A DNA stretch of 63,053 bases, filler included, from Rhabdomonas costata (taxonomy: Eukaryota): assembly GCA_019059605.1 (NCBI GenBank). It is 27 parts of 27 records of this genome, joined end to end, with 100 filler letters (N's around TTAATTAATTAA, not from the genome) between each part and the next. Parts side by side here need not be neighbours in the genome. Positions count along the whole stretch, not along the records: positions 9,364 to 11,601 come from JAHMHO010004604.1; positions 11,702 to 13,941 come from JAHMHO010004605.1; positions 14,042 to 16,284 come from JAHMHO010004606.1; positions 16,385 to 18,623 come from JAHMHO010004607.1; positions 18,724 to 20,963 come from JAHMHO010004608.1; positions 21,064 to 23,303 come from JAHMHO010004609.1; 21 more parts are not named here. The stretch is one strand, 5' to 3'. Position numbers and translations under genes: made by a program. The notes under the pieces are model-generated. The model was not told the DNA's origin, ran no database searches, and saw nothing but the letters and a program-made list of their open reading frames with translations. Position 1 is the first letter of the stretch. The number at the start of each line of letters is the position of its first letter. Positions 10,679 to 21,951 of the stretch are shown piece after piece.

Positions 10679-13018
10679 GTAACTCCCCTGTCATTTCATG
10701 AAAGCCCTTCCCTTCTCTTGCCTTTCTTGCCTTGATGAGATGTTTTTTGTAGTGGGACGCTTGGATGTTTGCTGAATATTGCATTATGTCAATGCGGGCA
10801 TGCCCGGTTCAATGAAAGCTTTCTTTACGGGGCTGTTTGTATTGTCTGGGTCGTTTTCTGTGCCTGCACACACGCACGGGCGATGCGTTCTGTGGTTTAT
10901 CGTCTGTTTTTTGTTTGGCCCATTGTTCCCGATCGTGGTTATCTTTCCACGCCGTTTAGCGCGGGCTCAGTTTTGGCGCTGTCCTTGCCAGCTCAAATAG
11001 AAGTGGGTACTGAATTCTCTGCTGTCGAACTTCAACGCTAAAGCGGATGAGGAACCTGGATTGCAATTGCAGTCCGATTCGATTCCCTCATGCTTCATTC
11101 CTGTTTCCTTTTTCCCTTGGAGCGGACGTGGGGTGAAATGAGACCGGACAATGCTATCGTCTCTTGTTTGAATGCTCTCCCTATTGTGGGAGGGTGCGGG
11201 AGGCATTTGTACAACATCATTTCATTGTCAACCGCAATTCTCTGGGAAGCTCTTGGGCACAGGTTGGGCACGTGCCGTCCCTTTCCCGTTCCCGTCGACC
11301 ACTGATTTGACATAAGCACGACTTGAGACCTGTTCAGCAGATCAGAACCGCATCATGCGTCATGCAGAACGCACTCTACGTCCGACATTGCTCACCTCAA
11401 AAGAGCTGTGCCGTGCCAAGGCTTGTTCATCAACATCAATTCGACTTGTCACGCTGGGAAGAAGAACACGATCCGCCCCTACCCTCTCCAGAAAAAAAGA
11501 ATCCAGTATGCGTTCTGCGCAATTGTGGGCGCCGGTTCCTCAGCCTTCGCGCGGCAGCATCAGCAACAGCACAAGACGCACGTTTTTTTTAACACCCCCC
11601 CNNNNNNNNNNNNNNNNNNNNNNNNNNNNNNNNNNNNNNNNNNNNTTAATTAATTAANNNNNNNNNNNNNNNNNNNNNNNNNNNNNNNNNNNNNNNNNNN
11701 NCATCCCGGAGTCGCTGGGGTGCAGCGGGCCTTGCGCACACTTGCGGATTTTTTGGTACACATCTGAGTGAGCGCCCCAACCACCCCAACAGAAAGTGGC
11801 CAATTCAAAACTTCCCTTTTCCGCTTGCTCGTCGTTCCCCTTTCTACTCCTCATTCGTTTTTGGATCTCCCCGCTGCTGTGCCAGAAACTTTCTCCGGAG
11901 TGCATAGTACTGTTTTTGTGAGGTTATTGCTCTCTATTGTGTCTCTTCTACTTGGCGTTTGAGCGGTACTATTCCTTCCCCCTTCAAAATTTCCATAGAT
12001 TTGTCCCAGAGAGGTGTGACGTTCTCTTAGCATGGGTGCGGGCGTTCTTTTTTCAGCATCCGCCGCATTTGCGGGTCGTTTTTTGTTTTGGTATGTGCGT
12101 GAGGACCCGCGGGGCAGGTGGGGATTTCTGTCCAACCGGTGCCCCCGGGGCTCACAACAGAATTGAGGACAGCCACAAGCTGTATGGTGCAGCATTGTGA
12201 AAAGGCACACCTTGGAATAGCTCTGAACCCTGCAGCAGCGTCACCGCACAATCGTCCAGCTCTGCCAAGGAGAGCCGTGGGCTGTGAGCCTCACTGGCAG
12301 GCTGCTGCGCAGGGTCTTCGTCGAACCGCCTGCCCCAAGGGGTGCTGCACATGTAAACGGGAATGCCACACGGGAGAGGGGGCGTTTGGGGGGGTTTGGA
12401 GAAGGAGAGAGAGAGGAGATTCCCACTGTTGCACGTTGGATTGTTCAGGAGAAGGAGGAAATATGTACCTGAGAGTGAGATTTCCCCGCAACACGCACCG
12501 ACACCACCCCCTCGCCAAATGTTACACCAAAGCTGGGAGGTACAGCGACAACCCCAACAATCCACCAAGTCCAAATCAATGCTTTCCCGTCAAAATCAAG
12601 AGCGGGGATGCCCCGAAATACGGATGGTTTTGTTTTTGATGAAAACAAGAATAAATTCGGATCATCCCGTTATAATTTTGATACACTGAGATTTTATTCA
12701 CACTATTCCAGTTCAAGGGACATTGAGACAGCACGTGGCCTCCTACGCAGCTCACAAGCGCAAAAGCAAGGAATCCCGAAAAATGAGAGATGAGCTCCTC
12801 TGCAGCCAACGTGCCATCTGCTCAACGCCACGCCACAGCGCCCAATGCAAACATATTTGAGATGGACCACATCCGGGTCTGCATCTCGTGCCTGCCCGAG
12901 TCGCTCCTGGTGCAGGCCCGTAGAGCGCATTAAAACGGGTTCGAGCGGTGCTAAGAAACAACACTGGGCGGGTTTCGACGAGCCGCTACCGTACGAGCAC
13001 AAGGGCACACACGCACAC

Positions 13019-13461
13019 CTGGGCGAGGCATTGCGAGAGGCGAACTTCCGATCCTCCAGCACCGCGGGGAGGACCCGGACCAGGGCCAAGGAGACCTCCC
13101 CCACCACCAACTCCTCGAGGGACCCCACCACCACGGGAGGCTCACACGACACCCCGCACAGCGCCGTGCTGCGCTGCGCCAGCTCCCACGTGGGGCGGCT
13201 GAGAACCACCTCCCCGCCCTGGGCCTGGTCCAGGATGGCCTCGGCCTGCTCCACCAGCATCCCGTCGTACTCCTCGCGATGCGTCGCAGGGTACTTGATC
13301 ACGAACGGCAGGCCCGTGTGCACGGAGACTCGGGCGGTGGGGCCGCGCCACAGAGGGGTGCTGCCGTCGCGGCGAGGAGTGGAGCCCCTCTGGCGCTGGA
13401 TTGCGAGCTTGCGGTAGTGCTCCAGCACAACCGCAGGCCAGTCCAGCTCCAGCATAGTGAC
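13019..13461 (-). CDS. Class III adenylate-cyclase-like domain, C-terminal half (trypanosome/fungal type), degenerate
   Basis: LELDWP...LWRGPTARVSVHTGLP...EYDGMLVEQAEAILDQAQGGEVVLS...LVRVLPAVLEDRKF follows the family pattern 'LWRGLRVRMGIHTG...DYYG..VN.AAR.....GGQILLS...L..R.F'. CAG acceptor at 13462-13464. Confidence 0.75.
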
Positions 13462-14046
13462 CTGCGCAAAGGAAAGGGGAAGAAAAGCGCCAGGGTAACA
13501 GCACACCTGCTTCGACAGCCAAAAACAACAAAGTTAGTAAAAATAGTAAATAGTAAATATGCATCCCAAGCCATACTATTGGCTTTTAAAAAAACAGGCC
13601 TTTTTTCTTACAAGTTCAACAAAACGGAGGCACGCACTGGCGGAGGTGCCAATCATTCTGCATCCGAGGTGGGCAAACAGCAAACATATGCACACAACAC
13701 CAGCACAAATGCATAGGGAGGGGAGATGGGGAGAAAAGAAGTGTGGTTTGTGTGGAAAGCGAAAAAATGCAAGAAAAAAAAGAAAAACATCTGCTCAGAA
13801 AAAAGCAGCTCAGAACTTCGCCCCCCCCCCCCCCAAATATGTCAGCCAGTAGATGCGTTTTGGTTCCCGCACCGCCCTATAGCAATCAAGCCTCAGCTCC
13901 ACTCCTCCTCACCTGTAGCTGCAGGGCAAGCTGGAGGGCCGNNNNNNNNNNNNNNNNNNNNNNNNNNNNNNNNNNNNNNNNNNNNTTAATTAATTAANNN
14001 NNNNNNNNNNNNNNNNNNNNNNNNNNNNNNNNNNNNNNNNNTGGGG

Positions 14047-14227
14047 GTGTGTGTGTGTGTGTGTGTTAGGGATAAACTCTCGCTGCTGACGTGCTATCTC
14101 TTCGCTTTTTTCCACTTTTTGACTTTCTTTCTGCTTGTCACGCTTTGCATGGTTCCATGCAGCTCTCCGCTCTCGGTCACCCCGCCAGCAGCGAGAGTTT
14201 ATCCCTAACACACACACACACACACAC
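14047..14227. repeat. 42-bp inverted repeat at contig start, including (GT)n/(AC)n
   Basis: (gt)n-ttagggataaactctcgctgctg at 14047-14088 is the reverse complement of 14186-14227. The spacer is about 97 nt. Confidence 0.9.
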
Positions 14228-14443
14228 ACACACGTACACATACGCGAAGTTTGAGTTCACCCCTTTGGCCCATTCTTGGCAGTAGTTGAGGCCTGGCACC
14301 TCAGCGTGATCTCTAATGTGGGTTCAGGGTGGTGGAAAAGCGGGGCCTCTGCCCATCTTTGGAGCTGAAGGATGAGCCGCACTGCCTCCTTGTGTGGGTC
14401 CTTGGATCCTTGTGTTGGTCATGTTTGTTGTGTTGGCGCACAG

Positions 14444-15644
14444 AGGGGCGACACAGAGGCGCAGGAGGTTCTGCGGCGAAAGCTGGAGCGTGTCGGGATC
14501 GCCCCCCAAGTGGACGCCCCCGGAGAGTTCTCCAGGAAGTACGTCCGTGCTTTTCGGGTCATTCGCTGGCGGGCTACATTCCGAGTCTGCGGGCTTGCGG
14601 CTTTCTTGGAGAAAGAGCTCTGCATAGGCACACCTTTCTCCCCCGAAACCCAAACCCGTTCAAGTACCGTTCCACTATCCAACATCTATTTTGATATATC
14701 ACATCACTTCTTGTTTGCTATTCCACCCTACTCCTCAGATCCTTTTTTTCCTCCTACGCATCCTTTTTCTCAGACAAAGTGATGGTGGGAAGGGTGACCC
14801 CTCTGCCAAGCTCGACCTCTCGGACACCCGCAGCTTCCTGGGCGGGTACGGGCCTCCACCGCTGTCGTTCTCCTCGCCTCCCTTCCTTTTTTGGACCTAT
14901 TTGGCCACATGCAATGCACTGCCTCATGTTGGTGACGTATACCGTGACCAGAGTGAGCTCTGAGAAAAAACCGGCTCTATGTTGCGTCTTGTCTGATGTC
15001 ATGTCCTGTATGCTTCTCCTTGTTGGCTTCTGCAGGCCTCCACCGAAAGTGGGAATGATTCAGTGCTACATCAATCGAGACAAGGCTGGTGTGCGGCTCC
15101 GTGTGCGTGTTTGCTGTTTGTTTTTGCCTGCGGGTTGTGGATTCGGTGATGGACCTGGGTTAGGAGTTGGCGGACCCAATGGGGCGCCAACTCCTATTAC
15201 TTATTTGTGTATGAGTGGAGTTGAAATATCACTGAAACAGGCACCCACGTTCCGCGCAGAGGGCATTATTTTTGTGAAGGTTCAAGCGAGCGAGCTGCGT
15301 GTGTGTGTGTGGTGTTTCTGAATCTTGACTTTTCTTTGCGCTCATGATGAAGCGCCAAACGGACGTTGTATGGCTTTTTTGGGGGGTGGATCGAGTGGTA
15401 GTGGTGCCGTGCGGTGATGAAGGCGTATGGTAGGAGCCGAATTGGTTTACAGGCGTTTTGGGGCAGTTAAGATTCTTTAGAGGGTGGGGTTGTCAGCGGG
15501 GCTCTACCACCTCTACCTCGAGGAGAAGAATTTGTTCTTGATGGCCTCTATAAAGCGGAAGCAGAACAAGACCTCGAACTACCTCATCTCCTTGGACCCC
15601 GATGACCTCAACCGCGACTCCGGCCACTACTACGGGAAGCTCAG
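14444..15644 (+). CDS. Tubby-like protein (partial, multi-exon)
   Basis: Exons 15036-15088 and 15497-15644 splice to PPPKVGMIQCYINRDKAAGLYHLYLEEKNLFLMASIKRKQNKTSNYLISLDPDDLNRDSGHYYGKLR, the tubby signature 'KRK..KTSNYLIS.DP..L.R....Y.GKLRSN'. Upstream exons lie near 14444 and 14774. Confidence 0.9.
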
Positions 15645-16384
15645 GTCTGCCTTTCTCTTTTTCTGTGTGCTCGTGTGTGTTCGAGCGCTGATGTGGCCGT
15701 GCCTCCAATGCCTAATGCTATAAAAGAGTGATCATTGGGGTCGATAAGTACTTTAAAACCATGCGTATAAACGTTTCCCCCCCCCCCCAATCCGGGTTTC
15801 TGTTTTAGCACCTAGGATCTGGCGCTCCACCACCCAAGATATCCTGGACCTTAAAAAACAGTCCAGTAGTGGGGGAACTGGCAAAGTCTTCCTAAGTCCT
15901 GCTTTCAAAATGTCTCACCATCCCATCAATCGTGTTTGCATGGCAGAGCACCTCTCCAGACACCTCTCTAACATACTCTCCTTCTTCATCATCACACTCA
16001 GAACCAGGATATCCCATTCCCACCAGATTGTCCCTATAAGCTCTAAGACCATCGGAAAACATCCTGCTTCCCTTGACCACGAACTTTCCCCGAAGGCGGT
16101 ACAAAACGCAACCCTCTCTATCCAACTTCTGGTATGGAAAAAGCACCATACCCCGTTTCTCTGCAAACACAACCCCAAAGGAAGATTTTGGGATCTGCTT
16201 CCTTCCCGAATTGGCCCTTCTTCTTCCGCCCAAACTCCATCTCATCCATCTCAACAATAAGCCCGGGAGCTACCACCCCAACCCNNNNNNNNNNNNNNNN
16301 NNNNNNNNNNNNNNNNNNNNNNNNNNNNTTAATTAATTAANNNNNNNNNNNNNNNNNNNNNNNNNNNNNNNNNNNNNNNNNNNN

Positions 16385-18623
16385 CTTGGAGCTTTTGGCC
16401 TCGGTTTGGGACAGACACTGCGAACAAATGGTGAGTGCAGTTTGCCTTTGGGTGATTATTGTGCCATTATCGCCTGATAATACGTCCCACCCAGCCCATA
16501 TAAGTACATCAAATCTACGTGACTCTTTTTCCTTGCTGGATATTACACAAAGTGATGGTGATAAGCGAAACAGCTTATATAAGCGAAACAGCTTATTATT
16601 GGAGAAAAATAGCAACACCACGGCTTTTCTTGCATTCACACGTGGGTGATATGTAATTTCCCGTTCCAATGGGGTTAGCGAGTACACCCCGTTCTTCCAA
16701 TTCTGTTCGTTACCCACAACCTTTTGACTTCAGCACACTGTCAAGCTGATCTTTGCCTACTTGGACAGGACTTATGTCTTCGCAACGCCTTCCCTGCGGT
16801 CGATCTGGTAAACTGCTCAATACCGCTTGCTAACCCGTCCTTTTCTTCGGGTTTTTCTTCCCTTCTTCCCAATCCCTTTCGCGCAGGAATATGGGACTTG
16901 ACCTGTTTTGCAAGTACTTTATGGAATGCTCTGAAGTCCGCACAAAAGCTGTCGATGGGTTTTTGGTTACAGTTCAGAAGGAGCGGTCTGCTGCCCTTTC
17001 TTGTGGTTGTGCGGTTTCAAATGTTGCTTTGATAGTGTTTATTGTTTTTGGTTTGGTTAGTGATGGTGAGAAGGTGCAGCGCAGCCTGTTGCATAAACTC
17101 GTGGGGATGCTGCTCTCTCTGCAAGTGTACAAGGAGATCTTTGAGCCCACCTTCCTGTCGAAAACACGGGAATATTACGCCAAAGAAAGCTTACGGCTCC
17201 TGTACAGTCTTCCGGTAGAATTCCATCTTCTTTGTGCCTTTCATCACCTTTCATCACCTTTCATCAAATTCCAGCTTGATGCAATGACAATTCACTTTGG
17301 TGCATCTTTGCACACCATTTTTGGTTGTTGTTTGTTCCTCTTTGTCGTTGGAGTGATTTTATGGGGTCTCCTGGGGCCAGGAGCAGGATTTTGGCACCTT
17401 TGAATGATGTGGATGCGGGGCGCCCGTCTGTGCGGGCATGCCCTATGCTGTGACTCAGTGAGCGAGATTAAGGTCATCTAAGGATAGAGCCCAGGGAAAC
17501 TCGTGCTGGCGCCAGAGTGCGTTGACATGCTTAAGATGATATCTGCCCTAGAAGACCTTTTGCTCGCCATTGGTATTGTGCTTTTGAAAGGGCCTGTTTA
17601 AGAGGCCTTTTAAGTTGTTTATGGGAAACGCCCTCAGTGTGCCCAGCTGGGCATTTCGTTTTTTGTGGTTTGTGCCAGCTGATGAAATGAAACCTTCTGT
17701 GCGTTTTGCTGCTCCTCTCTGACAATGGAAGAGCGGAGCACATCCTTTGTTGGAGTGCATCTTTCGTTTTTTTTTCAATTCGGAAGGGCGTAGTCGAGCC
17801 CTCATCCGTCTGCATTAAAATGTTTCCAACGGTGGCCAACTGTTTCTTATGCGCATGCGCAGCTCAGCGAGTATCTAAAGCACGTGGATCGCCGAATCTC
17901 CGAGGAGAACGATCGTGTGCTCCACTATATTGATTCAGGTCCCCCGCCCTCCACACACACACACACATACACACAAGCTGACACACCCTGAGCAATGCTG
18001 GGATTGGTGCGTCCCCTCGGGTTTTGTCTGGGTTTTGCAGGAACCAGGCGACCACTGATTGGTGCCCTGGAGCAGCTCTTTCTGAGGGATCACGTGGCGC
18101 CTATTTTGGAGCGAGGCTTTGATGCGATGTTGGAGGTGTTCGGCGCGATTGCCGCACTTTTCCCGTTGCTGTCCAGTGACGCCTTTTGCCATCTTTGTGT
18201 CATTTGTCTTGCAGGAGAATCAGGTCCCGGACTTGGCCCGCCTGTACCGGCTGATGACGCTGGTGGGCGCCCAGGAGGCCCTTCGGAACAACTTTAAAAT
18301 CTATATCAGGGTTCTTTGTTTTTCCTCTGCCCATCCTCCCCCCCCCCTTATTTTGCTCGAAGGGAGACGTCAGGGTGATTCAGCATGCAATTAGTGTGGC
18401 AAAGCTCTTAAAAACTGAAAAGCGGCAGGGGCCACCAGCAAGGTCGTAAAGCCCTAAAAGAGAAGCGGTTTCATATATGACAAAAACCATTGCGGTACGA
18501 CGCCCACCAATTATTTTACTTTGCGCAGAATCGCACCTTGTTGGGGGGTGTTTTCAGAAAACCGGCCTTGCTCTGGTGATGGACGAGGAAAAGGACCCTG
18601 TAATGCTGACTGAGCTGCTGAAG
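16385..18623 (+). CDS. CUL4: Cullin-4 (partial, 8 exons)
   Basis: Exons 16385-16430, 16734-16807, 16887-16985, 17061-17214, 17863-17938, 18041-18135, 18215-18310 and 18558-18623 splice in phase. Product: ...IFAYLDRTYV...SIWNMGLDLF...KERDGEKVQRSLLHKLVGMLLSLQVY...EYLKHVDRRISEENDRVLHYID...ENQVPDLARLYRL...VMDEEKDPVMLTELL. Confidence 0.9.
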
Positions 18624-18768
18624 NNNNNNNNNNNNNNNNNNNNNNNNNNNNNNNNNNNNNNNNNNNNTTAATTAATTAANNNNNNNNNNNNNNNNNNNNN
18701 NNNNNNNNNNNNNNNNNNNNNNNTTTTTGGGGGCTGCTCCAAAGTCGGAATAGGACGAGAAAAAGACA

Positions 18769-20504
18769 GTGAGTTCGTCAGTTCGGAAGCTGAGGTGGCC
18801 TGAGACAGTATTGATGTATTTCCGTGGAGCAGAGCTGCTGGAAGCTCATCCGCGGGAACCACGTCAACAAGAGTGGGCCGCGCCATGTGCTCCACTTGGG
18901 CCTTCGTGGCGCGGTCACAGGTCACAGTCACGCCCAGACGCCGGGCATGTCTGCCGAGGAAAAACACCGTGGAAACCTATGACAGAGTGAATGAGGGTGA
19001 GCCCAGGCGCGGCCCTTCCAAGGCAACGACTGGGAGCATAGAAACAGAAAAAAAAACAGGAGGTCACTGTGCAGGAAGAAATTTCTAGTGGGGGACAGTG
19101 TCTTGGGATCCAATGAGGGCCATGCGCAACGAGGACAACACAGTTCCGAAATTACGAAATTATTGAACTTCAACATTGCATTAAGAGAGGGTTAGCAAAG
19201 TTATAATTCGTCGAAACAGCAAATCTGCAGATGCTGCTGCTGCTGTCAAGAATGCAAGATAGGTGACTGCCACCTTCCGCACATACCACACTGCCGAAGA
19301 TCTGAAAACTACGATGGTGGCCTGCACCGACGTTCCCGAACAGTGCACTCCCTGAGGCCACCGCAGCCCGCAGGCCAGTCTGCAACCCTGGATCAACGGA
19401 TGAGGTGCCGGTGCCCTCTGAGGCCACTGCTGCACGAACCACCTCCAAAGCCGCGGCACAGGCCTTGCTCTGGTGGTTGGCCTGCCTGCAGGAGGCGTTC
19501 CAGTGGGACAGAACCTTATCGCCGACGACTTTGTCCACGATGCCTCCACAAGCATTCACTTCCTAACACAAGCAGAGAGAAGAACCAACCTTCCCGGCAA
19601 GCACGCAGTCAAAGGGCTGAGGTGAAGCGAGAGCAATAAGGAGGACCCAATCTCGCCTTTCCTCCACAATGCAGATTTGTCGCACCCATGTTAGGGTACA
19701 AAAACATCTTCAAAAGGTAACTGTGAAAAGATTCCCTGTCGGCACAGCCCCCGCGCAGCTTTTATTCTGTTACGGGAGCTATCATTGGATCATATCAGTG
19801 GACCTATCATTCGTTGGTTCGTTTGTTCGTTCGAGATGGACCAAAAGTGGCGAAACGGAAAAACGCTTGGGTCTCAACAAAAGGCTAAAAGAGGGACTTT
19901 ACGCTACTCAACCTTTGTGTCTGAGTGCCCCTTTGAGTGACCGACCGACCGACCGATACCGTCAAAGATACACCACACTTCGTTTGAATCGCAAAAATGC
20001 AGCATGGGCAGGAAACACCACAGCGGGAAACACCACAGCGCTATATGCCCCTTGCATCTTGCCCTTGCAAGATGGCGCCTTTCCGTTTGTGTGTATATTT
20101 GTAGTGTACGCCGGAGAGAGCAGGTACACTTTGTGCACGGCCGCCAGGTACGTGCTGATGATTTCCTCGACTTGCTCTGGCCGCGTCCGCACCACCGCTG
20201 AAAAGTCCGTGATGTCCACCAGAAGCAGCGTGACGGTGCCGCACCGCAGCCCCAGCTCCGTCTGGGGCAGCACAAGCTGTGACGTGGGGAAGTTAGGGCT
20301 GTGGCGCCCTGCAGGCCGTGAGATCCTGCGAGGACTGCAGTGGCCTGCGAAAGGCTCGGACAGCGAGTGCTGTGGCCGAGTTGCCCGAACGGGCTCCGTG
20401 GCTGCTTCAGTGGCATCCCTTGAGGCAAGGCGCGTGGGAAATAGCGTCTGCGGAATGTAGCAGCGTAGCTGGGTTAGGATACCAATAGTGTCGTTCAGCC
20501 AAAC
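18769..20504 (-). CDS. Class III adenylate/guanylate-cyclase-domain protein (partial, 3 exons)
   Basis: Exons 20504-20130, 19562-19287 and 18976-about 18769 give VTLLLVDITDFS...GGIVDKVVGDKVLSHWNA...ACAAAL...LRAAVASGSALFGNVG...FQIFGSVVSTVFFLG. Both metal-binding Asp residues are present. Confidence 0.85.
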
Positions 20505-20886
20505 CTGCAGCAAAAGTAATCAAAAGTAGTTGTCTTCATGCCAGATTCCACCAATAAAGAAAGACAGAACAAAAAGTTTCTGCTATGATGCTTCACGACT
20601 CACCCCGGCTCAACAGCTATTTTGTTGAGTCAACACTGGTTCAACAGAGGGTTCTCAAAATTCACTTGGTTTGCAGGATCCCCAAAACTAATTTCCGCGT
20701 GGGGATTGTAGGTGCCTTTCACAGCTAAGGTATAAAGCAGCCCTCTCGCCTTTCTCGCGTTCTCCGGATCACAGGGAGTGAGCCGGGAGAACGCGCCGCC
20801 TTCAATGAGTCCACGCATGTCCCACAGCTACTCACAATGATTGATTACTATTGCCTATGACGCATGACTTTGCAGTAGTTTTGAAG

Positions 20887-20963
20887 TGGTGAGTGTAACT
20901 GTGTTCTTCGGGATGGGGTGACCTTTTCGTCCCGAATCCGGAAGAACACAGTTACACCCACCA
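20887..20963. repeat. 23-bp inverted repeat (hairpin) at contig end
   Basis: tggtgagtgtaactgtgttcttc (20887-20909) matches the reverse complement of 20941-20963 at 22 of 23 positions. Confidence 0.9.
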
Positions 20964-21951
20964 NNNNNNNNNNNNNNNNNNNNNNNNNNNNNNNNNNNNN
21001 NNNNNNNTTAATTAATTAANNNNNNNNNNNNNNNNNNNNNNNNNNNNNNNNNNNNNNNNNNNNGTTTTGGTGTCACCAGCAGTAGTAGGGGCTGTGTGTG
21101 AGTTTGGACATAGCACAGAAGGAGACCACGAAATCTGGCGTTTTTTTCTACTCTTTTTGTTGCCCTGTGTGAATTTGCTCTAGTCAGCCTTGTGGTCGTT
21201 TAGGCACCTTGCACCTACAGAATGAAGGATTGCACTGCAATGCCAGAGGGGAGAAAGGAACCATTCCATCGAGCAGCCATTCTGAGAGTGGCCTCGCCTG
21301 GATTCCCATTTGCTACTTCCCCGCCTGTGGTTAATTTGGAAGCGCGTGATGCACGAGTTTTTCATCCAGTGAGGACGGATTCATCCCAATGCATACATAT
21401 GCGGAGAGTTTGAGGAGGTCTCAGGCGAAGCTTGTTCCTCACCGTTTAACAACGTGTAACGATTTAACACTCCCCTATCCGAAAAAGACGCACAAGACTC
21501 TGCTCACAAACACACTCTTACATGGTTTTGCGAATGTAGTTGGAGGTCGAATAATTTGTGCCACTTTGGTGAAGACATCTATCTCCTGCGTTTCCGTATC
21601 AACAATGTGTTTCCAGTTCCTAAAAAAGATCCAACTCAACCTTTGATATTTCTAGTCGCTTCCTCCAAGCCGTTGTGTGCATTTGTGTGGGTTTGCCCTT
21701 TCACAGACCCGATCCGTTTTGTAGCCCCCCCTTTTTGGTGTCCTCTCCTTCCGCTTCCACTTGCCTCTCTCCTCTGCACACGGAGAGATGACCCAGTAAC
21801 CTTCCTACCCGATTACCAATACGGTTCGGGTTTTTATCGGGAGTCTAGTTCATTCCTCGCCCTCGCCTCCGCCCCCCACGCAAACCCTCTGTTCCCTTGT
21901 CTCTTCACTTCAGCCTCCTGACCGAAGAGGAAAGGAGGCCCCTGCCGCGAG

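Noticed and set aside
14066..14071. TTAGGG as telomeric sequence
   Set aside because: It is a single unit with no array.
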